Of a DNA stretch of 64,000 nucleotides, positions 33,007 to 45,845 are shown piece after piece. Both the position numbers and the translations under genes were made by a program. The notes below the pieces were generated by a model. The model had not been told where the DNA came from. It ran no database searches and was given only the letters and a program-made list of their open reading frames with translations. How positions within the stretch are numbered: position 1 is the stretch's first letter; every line of letters starts with the position of its first letter. Origin of the DNA: the human T2T-CHM13v2.0 reference genome, Homo sapiens. The DNA is taken from assembly GCF_009914755.1 (NCBI RefSeq), contig NC_060943.1. One strand, given 5' to 3'.

Positions 33007-36000
33007 ATACCTGATTTTGTCCGAAAATCTATTCCATTAGAATGACTAGGGTCACCCAGGTGTTTCTATAATTAGACTGTCTGGGTCTGCCAGTAGTTTC
33101 TCCCATTAAAATGCCTAGGGTCGCCCAGGTGTTTCTATAATTAGACTGTCTGGGTCCACCAGTAGTTTCTCCCATTATAATGCCTAGGGTCAACAAGGTG
33201 TCTCTATAATTAGACTTCCTGGGGTCAGCCAGGAGTCTCCCATAAAAATGCCTAGGGTTGCCCAGGTGTTTCTATCATTAGACTGCCTGGCATCAGCCAG
33301 AAGTCTCTCCAATTAAAATGCTTGGGTCACTCAGGTGTATCTATCACTAGACTGCCTGGGGTCAGGTGGGAGTTTCTCCCGTTGGAATGCTCGGGGATGA
33401 AAAGGTGTCTCTATCATTAGACTGCCTGAGGTCAACCAGGAGTCTCTCCCATTCAAATGCCTGCATTTGCCCAGGAGTCCCTATTCTTAGACTGCCTGGG
33501 GTTGGCCAGGAGACTCTCCAATTAGAATACCTGGATTCCTCTGGGAGTCTTTCCTATTAGAATGACTGTGGTGGCTCAGGTGTCTCTATAATTACACTAC
33601 CTTGGGTTGGCCAGGAGTCTCTCCATTAAAATGCCTGGGGTCGACCATGTGTCTCTATCATTAGACTACCTGAGGTCAGCCAGAAGTCTCTCCCATTGGA
33701 TTGCCTGGGGTCGGATAAGAGTCTCATTTTTTAAGAATTTCTGGGGTCACCAAGTTGCCTCTATCATTAAAATGCCTGGGGTCTACTGGGAGTTTCTCCC
33801 ATTAGAATGTCAGTGGTCGCAAAGGGGTCTCTGAAATTAGACTGTCTGCAGTTGGTCAAGAGTCTCTCCCATTAGAATGACAGTGGTCTTCAGGTGTCTC
33901 TATAATTAGAATGCCTGGAGTCAGCCAGGATTCTCTGTCAGTACAATGCCTGGGATCTCTCAGGTGTCTCTATAAATAGACCACCTGGGTTCGGACAAAA
34001 GTCTCTCCCATTAGAATGCCAAGGGTCTCCAAGGTGTCTCTATTATTAGACTTCCAGGGGTGGGCTGGGAGCCTCTTCCATTAGAATTCTGGGGATCACC
34101 TAGGTGTTTCTGTCATTAGACTACCTGGGGTCAGCCAAGAGTCTCTCCCATTGAAATGGCTGGGGTCGCCCAGGTATATTTATCACTAGACTGCCTGGGG
34201 TTGGCCAGGAGCCTCTACCATGGAAATGCCTGGGAGTCTTTCCCATTGAAATGCCTGGGTTGGCCTAATTGTCTTTATCATTAGGCTTCCTCACTTCGGA
34301 CAGATGACTCTCCAATTAGCATGGCTGCAGTCGCCCAGGAGTCTCTCCCATTAGAATGCCTGGGGTCAGCTGAAAGTCTCTTCCATTAGAATGTCTGGAC
34401 TCTCCTAGGTGTCTCTACCTTTAAAATGCTTGGGTTTAGACAAAAGTCTCTCCCATTAAAATGCCATGGCTCTTGAAGCTGTCTCTATCATTAGAAAGTA
34501 TTGGGTCAGACAGCAGACTCTCCGATTAGAAATCCTAGTGTCACTCAGATGTCTCTATAATGAGACTGCCCTGGGTTGGCCAGGAGACTCTACCATTATA
34601 ATACGTGGGGTGGCCCAAGTGTCCCTATAATTAGACTGCCTGTGGTCAACAAGTTGTCTCTCACATTAGAATGCCTGGTCTCGCCCAGGTGTCTTCATTC
34701 TTAGACTGTCTTGGGTCAGCCAGGCGCCTCTCCCACTAGAATGCCTGGGGTCTGCCCAAAGTCTCTCCCATTAGAATGCCTGGGGTCTGCCCAAAGTCTC
34801 TCCCATTAGAATGCCTGGAGTCACCCAGGTGTCTCTATCATTAGACTGGATGGGGTTGGGCCAGAGTCTCTCCCGTTAGAATGTCTGGGGTCGCTGAGGT
34901 GTCTCTATAATTAGACTGCCTGGATAAGGTCAAAGTCTCTCCCTTTAGAATATCTGTTGTCGCCCAGATGTCTCTATCCTTAGACTGCCTTGGATAGGCC
35001 AGAAGTCTCTTCTATTAGAATGCCTATGGTCATCGGGGATTCTCTTCCATTATAATGACTGGGGTCGTCTAGGTGTCTTTTTTATTAGACTGCCTGGGGT
35101 TGCCCAGGTGTCTCTAATAATGAAACTGCCTGGGGCCAAACAGGAGTCTCTCTAATCTGAATACCTGGAATCAACCAGGTGTCTCTATCATTAGACTGCA
35201 TTGTGTCAGCTGGGAGTCTCTCCCTTTAGAATGCTGGAGGTCACCCAGGTGTTTCTGTAATTAGACTACCTAATCTGCCCAATGGAATGTCTGATGTTTC
35301 CCATGTGTCTCTATCATTAGACTGCCTTGGGTCGGCCAGGAGCTTCTCTTATTAGAATGTCTGGGGTCACCCAGGTGTCTCTATAATTAGAATGCTTGGG
35401 GTCAGCAAGGCCCTGTTGAATATCTGGGGTGGGTCAGTTGTCTCCATCCTTAGACTTCCTGGGGTTAGCCTGGAGTCTTTCATTAGAATGCTCGGGGTCA
35501 GCCTAGATTATCTCCTATTAGAATGCCTGGAGTTGCCCAGGTTTCTCTATCATTAGACTGCCTGGGGTTGGCCGAGAGTCTCTCTCATTAGAATGCCTGG
35601 GGCCTACTGAGAATCTCTCCCTTTAGAATGCCCAAGGTCACCTAAATGTCTGTATCACTAGGCTGTCTGGGGTCTGCCAATTGTCTCTCCAATTAGAATG
35701 TCTGTGGTCGACCATGTGTCTCTATCATTAGACTGACTGGTGTTGGCCAAGAGTCTCCCATTAGAATACCTTCAGTTGGCCGTGAGTCTCTTCCATTAGA
35801 ATGCCTTGGGTAGTCCAGAGTCTTTCGTATTAAAATGCTTGGGGTTTCCTTCTTGTCTCTATCATTAGACTCTCTCGGATTGGACAGGAAACTCTCCCAT
35901 TAGAAAGTCTGTGGGCTCCCAGGTGTCTCTATCATTCGATGTCCTGGGAATGTCCAAGAGTCTCTCCCATTAGAATGCCCGAAGTTGGCCGGAAGTCTCT

Positions 36001-39000
36001 CCCGTTAGAATGCCTGCAGTCACCCAGGTGTCTCTATCAATCATTAGAATGCTTGGGGTTGGCTGGGAGTCTCTCCCATTAAAATGCCTTGGGTGGTTCA
36101 GGTGTCTCTATCATTAAAATGAATGGGGTCGGCTGGCAGTGTCTCCCATTAGAACACCTGATGTCACCAAGGTGTCTCTATAAAGACTGGTTTTGCTCGG
36201 CCAGGTGTCCTTATTCTTAGACTGCCTGTGGTCAGCCAGAAGTCTCTTTCATTAGAATGCGTGGGGTCAACCAAAAATCTCTCCATTATAAAGACTGTGG
36301 ATGCCCAATTCTCTCTATAATTAGACTGCCTGGGGTCAACCAGGAGTCTCTCCTATTAAAACGCCTGTGGCAAACCAGGTGTCTTCATCATTAGACTGCC
36401 TGGTGTCAGCGAGGAGTCTCTGCCATTAGAATGCTTGTGGTCAGTTGAGAGTCTTTTCTGTTAGAATCCCTGGGCTCTCCAATGTGTCTCTGTTATTAGA
36501 AAGCCTGGGGCCATCCGGGAGTCTCTCCAATTAGAATGCCTGGAGTTGCCCAGGTGTCTCTATTATTAGACTGCCAGAAGTCAGCCAGAAATCTCTCCCA
36601 TTAGAATGCTTGGGGTCGCCCAGTAGGCTTTATTTTTAGAATGCCCATGGTGGGGCAAGAGCCCCTTCCATGAAAATGGCTGGTGTCTCCCAGGTGTCTC
36701 CATCATTAGAGTGCCTGCGGTCGGCTGAAATTCTCTCCCGTTAGAATCCCTGAGATCACTCAGGTGTCTTTATCGTTAGACTGCCTGCGGTTGGCCGGGA
36801 GTGTTTTCCAGTAGAATGTCTGGTGTCAACCAGGAGTCTTACTCTTTAGATTGCCTGAGGTCGGCCAGGAGTTTCTTCATTAGAATTCCTGGGGTCGGCT
36901 GAAAGTCTCTCTTATTAGAATGACTGGGGTTGTCCAGGTGTCTGTATCATTATAGTGTCGTGGGTCACCCAGAGTGTGTCCTATTAGAATGCCTGGGGTC
37001 ACCTAGGTGTCTTTATAATTAGACTGCTTGGGCTCAGTCAGTGATCTCTCCCATTAGAATGCCTGGTGTGGCACAGGTTTCTCTATTATTAGACTGCATG
37101 CAGTCTGCTGGGAGCCTCTCCCATTAGAATGCCTGGAGTCATCCAGGGCTCTCTAGCATTAGACTTGCTGCGGTCGGCCGGAAGTCTCCACATTAGAATG
37201 CTTGGGGTCGGAGGGAGTATCTCCCATTAGAATAATTGGTGTCGTCCAGGTGTCTCTAATATTAGAATGCCTGGAGTAGGCCAGGAGTCTTTCACTTTAG
37301 AATGCCTAATGTCGTGAAGTTTCTCTATAATTAGACTGGGGTCAGCCAGGAGTCTCTCCCAAAGGAATACCTGGTGTCTGCTGAAAATTTCTCCCATTAA
37401 AATGCCATCAAAATGCTTGTGGTCAGTTGGAAGTTTTTTCTATTAGAATGCCTGTCATCTCCAAGGTGTCTCTATTATTAGAAAGCCAGGGGCTAGCTGG
37501 GAGTCTCTTCAATTAGAATGCCTGGAGTCATCCATTTGTCTCTATCATTAGAATTCCTGAAGTCATCCAGGAGTCTCTCCCATTACAATGACATGGGTCG
37601 GCCAAATGTTTCCATCATTAGAATGCCTGCCATTGGCCTTGAGTCTCTCCCATTAGAATGCCTGGGATCACCCAGATGTCTCTATCATTAGACTGCCTTG
37701 GATCAGCCAGGAGTCTCTCCCATTATAATGCCTGGGTTTACTTAAATGTCTCTATAATTAGGCTGCCAGGCTCTTCCATGAGTCTCTCCCATTAAAATGT
37801 CTGGAGTCGCCCAGGTGTCTCCATCTCTAGGCTGCCTGGAATTGGCCAGGAGTCTCTCCCAGTAGAATACCTGGGGTTGTCCAGGTTTCTCTATCACTAG
37901 TCTGCCTGGGTTCGACTGGGAGTCTCTTCCATTAGAATGCCTGGGGTTGCTCAGGTAGCTCTTTCATTAGACTGCTTGAGGTCATCCAGAAGTCTCTCCC
38001 ATTAAAATTCCTAAAATCGCCCAGGTGTCTCCATAATTAGACTGCCAGGGATTGGTTAGGAGTCTCTCCCATTAGAATGCCTGTGGTCGCCCAGGTGTCT
38101 GTATACTTTGACTGCCTGCTGTTGTCCAGGAGTCTCTCATTAGAATGCTTGAGGTCGTCCCCGAGTTCCTCCCATTAGAATGCCTGGGGTCACCCAGGTG
38201 CCTCTACCATTAGACCACCTGGGTTCCATCGGATATCTCTCCCATTACAACTCCTGAAGTTGCCCAAGTGTCTTTATTATTATACTGCCAGGGTTTGGCC
38301 AGAAGTCTCCTTCATTAGAATGCCTGGGGATGCCCAGGAGCCTCTAACCTTAAATTGCCAGGGGTTGGCCTAAATCCCTCCCAAGAGAATGCTTGGGGTC
38401 GGCCAAAAACCTCTTCAATTAGAATGCTGTTTGTTGCCCAGGTGGCCCATCATTAGAAAGCCTGTGTTCAGCTGAGAGTCTCGCCCATTAGAATGCCTGG
38501 GGTAATTTAGATGTCTGTATAATTAGACTGCCTGGAGTCAGCCAGGAATAATACCTGCATTTGACTGGGAGTCTTTCCCATTAGAATGCCTATGGTTGCT
38601 CATGTTTCTCTATCATTAGAATGTCTGGGTTCGGCCAGGAGACTCTCCCATTAGAATGTCTGTAGCCACCCAGGTGTCTCTATCATTTAACTGCCTGGCA
38701 TCAACTGGGAGTCTCTACATTAGAATGCCTTGGGTCGACCAGGTGTCTCTATTGTTTGACTGCCTGGTGTCAGCCAAAAGCCTCTCCATTAGAATGCATG
38801 GGTCTGGCCAAGAATCCCTACCATTAGAATTACTGGGATTGTCCGGGTGTCTGTATCATTAGACTGTCTGGGGTCGGCTGGGAATCTCTCCCATTAAAAT
38901 GCCTAGGGTAGCCCAGGTGTCTCTATCATTGGAATGTCTGGGGCTGGCCGGGTGTATTTCCCATTAGAATGACTGGGATTCTCCAGGTGTCTCTATCATT

Positions 39001-42000
39001 AGACTGCCTGAGGTCGGCCGGGAGTCTCTCCAATTAGAATGACTGGAGTCGCCCAGGGGTCTCTATCACTGGGCTGCCTGGGGTCGGCCAGGAGTTTCTC
39101 CCATTAGAATGCTTTGGGCTGACTGGGAGTCTCTCCCATTAGAACATGTAGGGTTGCCCAGGTGCCTCTAACATTAGACTGCCTGGAGTCGGCTAGGAAT
39201 CTCTCTCATTAGAATACCTGGGGTCGCCTAGGTGTCTCTTTAATTATTCTACCAGGAATCCACCAGGAGTCTCTCGCATGAGAATCCCTGTTGTTGCCCA
39301 TTTGCCTCCATCATTGGACAGCCTGGGGTCAGCTGAGAGTCTCTCTCATTAAAATGCCTGGGGTTGCCTAGGTGTCTCTAACATTAGACTGCCTGTGTTC
39401 ATCCAAAACTTCTCCCGTTAGAATGCCTGAAGATGCCAATGTGTGTCTATAATTACAATACCTTGGGTCTGCCAGGAGCTTCTCCCATTAGAATGCCAGA
39501 GGTCGCCCAGGTGTCTATTCTTAGACAGCCTGCATTCAGCCAGGAGTCTCTCATTAGAATGCCTGGTGTTGGCAGAAATTATCTTTCATTAGAATGCCTG
39601 GGGTCACCCAGGTGTCTCTATTATTAGGCTGTCTGAGTTTGGCAGTGAGTCTCTTTCATTACAATGCCTGAGGTCGCCCAGGTGTCTCTATCATTAGACT
39701 GCTTAGGGTTGGCCAGGAATCTCTCCCATTCGAATTCCTAGTGTTGCCCAGGTGTCTGTAATTAGACTTCCTGGGTTCAACCAGGAGACTCTCCCATTAC
39801 AATGCCTGGGGTTGCTCAGGTGTGTCTATCATTAGACTGCTTAGGGTTGGCTAGCAATTCTCTCCCATTCGAATTCCTAGTGTTGCCTAGATGTCTCTAT
39901 AATTAGACTCCCTGGGTTCAACCAGGTGTCTCTCCCATTAGAATGCCTAGGGTCGCTCAGGTGTCTCTATCTTTAAACTGCCTAGGGTCAGCCAGGAGTC
40001 TCCCATTAGAATACCTGGGGTCGCCAAGGTGTCTCTATTATTAGAATGACTGGAGTCAGTGGGGACTTTCACCTCCATTAGAATGCCTAAGGTCATCTAG
40101 ATGTCTCTATAATTAGACTTTCTGTGGTCAGCCAAACCTCTCTTCCAAAAGAATGCCTGCATTCTTCCAGAAGTCTCTCCCATTAGAATGCCTGAAGCTG
40201 CTCATGTCTGTCTGTAAGTAGACTGCCTGGGTCAGTCAGGAGTCTCTCCCATTAGAATGCCTGAGGACCCCAAGCTGTCACTATCATGAGACTGCATGGT
40301 GTAGCCCAGGTGTCTTTATCATTAAACTTCCTGGGGCCAGCCAGGAGTCTATTTCATTAGAATGCCTGCAGTAGCCCAGGTGTCTCTATTGTGAGACTTC
40401 CTAGGGTAGGAAGGGAGTCTCTCCCATTAAAATGCCTGGCGTCTCCCAGGTGTCTCTACAATTAGTCTGCCTGGGGTCAGCCAGTATCCTCTACCATTAG
40501 AATGCCTGGTGTCTCCCAGGTGTCTCTATAATTATATTGTCTGAGTAAGCTAAGATTCTCTCCCATTTAAATTCATGGGGTCACCCAGGTTTAATTATTC
40601 TTAGACTGCCCAGTGTCAGCCAAGAGTCTCTGGTATTAGGATGACTGATGTCGCCCTGGTGTCTCTATAATTACCTGGGTTTGGCCAAGAGTCTCTCTCA
40701 TTAAAATGCCTAAAATCGACCAGGTGTTTTTATCATTAGACTGCCTGCGGTCGGCCAGGGGTCTCTCCCATTAGAATGCCTGGCGTCGGCCAGGAGTCTT
40801 TTGGATTAGAATTACTGGGGTGGCCCAGGTGTCTTTATTATAATGCCTAGGGTCTTCTGGGAGTCTCTCCCATTAGAATGCATGCTGTCGCCCATGCGTC
40901 TCTATCATTAGACTCACTGGGGTCGGCTGGGAGTCTCTTTTATTAGAATGCTTGGAGTGGGCTGGAAGTCTTTCCCATTAGAATTCCTGTGGTTGGCAGG
41001 GAGTCTTTCCCATTAGAATTCCTGTGGTTGGCAGGGAGTCTTTCCCATTATAATTCCTGGGATCAACCAGTTGTCTTTATCATTAGAATGCCTGGGATAG
41101 GCCAGGAGTCTCTCCCAGTAGAACTCCTACTGTCACCCAGGTGTCTCTACCATTAGAATGCCTAGGGTCAGCCAGGAGTCTTTCCAATTAGAATTACTAA
41201 AATCGCCCAGGGGTCTTTATTATTAGACAGCCTGGGTTCGGCTGGGAGTCTCTCCCATTAGAATGACTGGCATTGCCCAAGTGTTTCTATCATTAGACTG
41301 TCTAGGTTTGGCCAGGAGTCATTCACATTAGAATACCTGTGGTCGCCCAGTTGTCTCTACAATTAGAATGCCTAGGTTCTTCCAGGAGTCTCTCCCATTT
41401 GAATGCCTTGGGTCACCCAAGTGTTTCTATCATTAGACTGCCTTAGTTCTGCCAGAAATCTCTTATTTTAGAATGCCTGTGGTCGACCTCGAGTCTCTCC
41501 CATTAGAATGACTTGGGTTGCCTAGGGGTCTCTATCATTGAACTGCCTAGCATCTCCTGTGTGCCTCTTCTATTAGAATGCCTGTGTCACCCTGTTGTTC
41601 CTATCTTTAGACTGCCTGGGGTCAGACGGGAATCTCTCCCATTAGAAAGCCAGGAGTTGCCCAGTTGTCTCTATCATTAGACTGCCTTGTGTTATCCAGG
41701 AGTCTCTCCTACTAAAATGCCTGGTGTCACCCAGGTGTCTTCATTATTAGACTACAGGGTGTTGGCCAAGAGTTGCTACCATTAGAATGCCTGGGGTGGG
41801 CCAGGAGTTTCTCCCATTTGAATGCCTGAGGTCGTTTAGCTGTCTCTGTTATTAGACTGCCTGGAATCGACGGGAATATCTTCTATCAGAATGCCTGGAG
41901 ATGCCCAGGTGTCTCTCTTGTTAGACTGCCTGTGGTCAGCCAGGTGTCTCTCCCATGAGAATGCCAGGAATCGCCAAGTTGTCTCTATCATTAGACTGCT

Positions 42001-45000
42001 TGGAGTCAGCCAGGAGTCTCTCCCATTAGAATGCCTTGTGTCACCCAGGTGTCTATCTTTAGAATGCCTGAGGTCAGCCAGGAGTCTCTCCCATTAGAAT
42101 GCCTGGGGTCACCCAGGTGTTTCCATCATTAGACTGCCTGTGGTTGGCTGTAAATCTCTATCATTAGAATGCCTGGGGTCACCCAGGTGGTTCTATTATA
42201 CTGCTCTGGGTCCACCAGGAGTCTCTTCCATTATAATGCCTGGGCTTTTTCAGGTGTACCTATAATTAGGCTTCCTGGGCTTGACCAGAAGTCTCTCCAT
42301 AGAATGCCTGGGGTCGCCCAGTTGTCTCTATCATTAGCCTGCCTGTATTCGGCTGGGAGCCTTTCTAATTAGAATGCCTGGGGTCGCCCAGGTTTCTCTA
42401 TTATTAGAATGACTGTAATAACCCCGTGTGTCTATAATTAGACCCTCAGGGGTCGGCCAGGAGTCTCTCCCATTAGAATGCCTGTGGCCACTCAGGTGTC
42501 TTTATCCTAACATTGTCTGTGGTCAGCCACAAGTCTCCCATTAAAATGCCTGGGGTTCACCGGGAGTCTCTCCGATTAGAATGCCTGGGGTGGATATTGT
42601 GTCTCTATCATTAGACTGCCTGGGTTCAACTGGGTGGGTCTCTCTTTAATTTGCCTGAGGTCCTTAAAGTGTCTCTATCATTAGATTGCCTGGGGTCACC
42701 TGGGAGTCTCTCCCATTAGAATGCCTGTGGTCGACCAGGTGTCTTTATTCTTAGACGGCCTGGGGTCGACCACGAGTCTTTCCCATTAGAATGACTGGAG
42801 TCATCCAGAATTCTCTCCCATTAGAATGACTGTAATCGCCTGGTGTCTCTATAATTAAACTGCCTGGCATTGGCCAGGATTGTCTTCCTTTAAAATGCCT
42901 GGTTGTGACCAGGTGTCTCTATCATTAGACTGCTTGGGCTTAACCAGGAGTCTCTCCTATTAGAATGTCTTACATCACCCAGGTGTTTCTATAATTAATT
43001 GCCTGGGGTTGGCCAAGTATTTCCTTCATTAGAATGCCTGCTGTCACCCAGATGTCTCTGTCAATTGGCCCTGTGGGGTCAGCCGAGAGTCTTTTTCAGT
43101 ATAATGCTTTGGGTCACACAGGTGCCTCTCTCATTAGACTGCCTGGGGTTGTCCAGGTGTCTCTCAAATTAGAATGTCTGGGATCTCCCAGGTGTCTCTA
43201 TCATTAGACTTCCTGAAGTCTGCTGGAAATCTCTACCATTAAAATGACTTGGGTCACCCAGGTGTCTCTATCATTAAGCTGCCTGGATTTGGCAGTGAAT
43301 CCCTGCCATTAGAATACCCGGGGTCTCCCGGGTGTCTCTATCAATCGACTGCCAGGGTCAGCTAGAAGTCTCTCCCATTGTAATGACTTGGGTACCTCAG
43401 AGTCTCTCCCACTAAAATGCTTGGGGTGGTCCAGGTATCTTTAGCATAGAATGCCTGTGGCTGGCTGGGAGTTTCTCTTATTGGAATGCCAAAAGTCGAC
43501 CAGATGTCTCTATCATTAGGCAGCCTGCGGTCGGCCAGGAGTTTCTTTCATTAGAATGCCTGGGCTCTGCCGTTAGATTGCCTGGCATTGCAAAGGTATC
43601 TTTACCATTAGAATGCCTGGTGTCAACCTACAGTCTCTTTCCTTGGAATGCCTGAAGTGGCTCAGTTGTCTCTATCATTAGACAGCCTGTGGTCAGATGG
43701 GAATCTCTCCAATTAGAATGCCTGAGGTCGTTCGGGTGTATCTATAATTAGACTGCCTGGAATCAGCCAAAAGTGGGTCCCAAGAAAATGGGGTAGGCTG
43801 GGAGTCTCTCCAATCAAAGTGCCTGGGGTGCCTCAGGTGCCTGTATCATTAAAATACTTGGGTTAGTTCGGGAATCTCTCCTATTAGAATGCCTAGGATC
43901 ACCCAGTTGTCTCTATCATTAGACTGCCTGTGGTCGGCCGGCTGTCTCTCCCACTCAAATGTCTGGGGTCACCCAGTTGTCTCTATCAATAGACTGCCTG
44001 TGGTCGGCCGGCTGTTTCTCCCACTCAAATGTCTGGGGTCACCCAGTTGTCTCTATCATTAGACTGCCTGTGGTCGGCTGGCTGTCTCTCCCATTCAAAT
44101 GTCTGGGCTCACCCAGGTGTCTCTATCATTAGACGGCCTGGGGTCAGCTTGGAGTCTCTTAAATTAGAATGCCTGTGGTAGCCTTGGTGTCTTATAAGGA
44201 CTTATCATTAGACTGCCTGGGCTCTGTCAGGAGTCTTTCTTGTTAGAATGAATGAGGTTGTCCAGGTGTCTTTATTATTAGACTGGCTGGCGTTGACCAG
44301 GAGTCTCTCCCTTTAGAATGCCTGGGATCCCGCAAGTGTATGTAACATTAGACTGCCTGTGGTCAGCTGGGAGTCTCTCCCATTAGAATGCCTGAGATCT
44401 CCAAGATGCCTCTATCATTAGACTGTATGCGGCCTTTCAGGAATCTCCCATTACAATGCCTGGGGTCAGCCAGGAGCTCTCCCATTAGAATGACTAGGGT
44501 TGTTCAGGTGTCTGTATCATTAGACTGCCTGGGCTTGGCCAGGAGTTTCTCCCATTAGAATGCCTGGGGTTGCCCAATTGTGTCTATTATTAGAGTGTCC
44601 AGGGTCAACCAGAAGTTTCTCCCATTACAATGCCTTGGCTTGCCCTGGTTTCTGTTTCATTAGAATGCCTGGGGTCAGCCAGAAGTCTCTCTCTTTAGAA
44701 TGCCTGACGTGGCCCAGGTGTCTCTATCATTAGTCAGCTTGGTCAGGGCTAGGAGTCTTTCTCATTAGAATGCCTGGGGTCTCACAGGTTTTGCTAATAT
44801 TAGACTGCATGGTGTCAGGCAAGAATCTTTTCCATTAGAATGCCTGGGGCTGGCCAATAGACTTTCACATTAGAATGCCTGGAGGCACTCAGGTGTCTCT
44901 ATCATTAGATTGCCTGAGGTTGGATGCAAGTTTCTCCAATTAAAATGCCTGGATTCGCCCAGGTGTCTCTATAATTGGACTGTCTGGGTTTGGCCAGAAT

Positions 45001-45026
45001 TCTTTCCCATTAGAATACCTGGGGTG

Positions 45027-45337
45027 GGCTGGGCACGGTGGCTCACACCTGTAATCCCAGAACTTTGGGAGGCCAAGAGGGGTGGATCATGAGTTCAGGA
45101 GATGGAGACCCTCCTGGCTAACACAGTGAAACTCCGTCTCTACTAAAAACACAGAAACATTAGCTGGGCATGGTGGCAAGCACCTGTAGTCCCAGTTACT
45201 CAGGAGGCTGAGGCAGGAGAATGGAGTGAACCCAGGAAGCAGGGCCTGTAGTGAGCCAAGATCACACCACTGCCCTCCAGCCTGGGGAACAGAACGAAAC
45301 TCAAAAGAAAAAGAAAAAAAGAAAAAGTAAAAGAAAA
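45027..45337 (+). mobile_element. Older, diverged AluY
   Basis: Starts GGCTGGGCACGGTGG. Y-type GCTAACACAG and GAATGGAGTGAACC. CpGs mostly decayed and tail patterned. Degenerate TSD AGAATACCTGGGGT (45012-45025) vs AGAACACCTGGTGT (45338-45351). Confidence 0.88.
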
Positions 45338-45845
45338 AGAACACCTGGTGTCACCTAGGTGTCTGTATCCTTAAACTGCCTGGAATAGGCCAGGAGTCTT
45401 TCCCATTAAAATGCCTAGGTTCGGCCAGGAGTTTCTCCAATTAAAATGCCTGGAATCAATAATGTATCTCTATCATTAGACTGCCTGAGGTCGGCCAGGA
45501 GTTTCTCCTATTAGAATGCCTAGTGTCAGCTGGCAGTCTCTTCCATGACTGGGATAGCCAAGGTGTCTCTATCATTAGAACGTCTGAGTTGGCTCAGCTG
45601 TCTCTATCATTAGAATGCCTGAGGTCAGCCTAAGGTCTCTCCCATTATAGTCTCTGGGGTCGCCCATGTGACTGTATCATTAGATTGCCTGCAGTCAGCC
45701 AGTGGTCTCTCCCATTAGAATGTCTGGGGTTGCACTTGGGTTCAGCCAGGTGTCTCTACTTTTAGACTGCCTGGGATAGGCCAGGATTTGTTCCCATTAG
45801 AATGCTTGAGTATGCCCAAATGTCTCTATCATTAGAATGCCTGGG

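Noticed and set aside
33007-33050. Loss of the 5' LTR by a deletion extending into flanking DNA
   Set aside because: The TSD is intact and the reconstructed empty site is an exact 35-bp unit, so flanking DNA was not removed.
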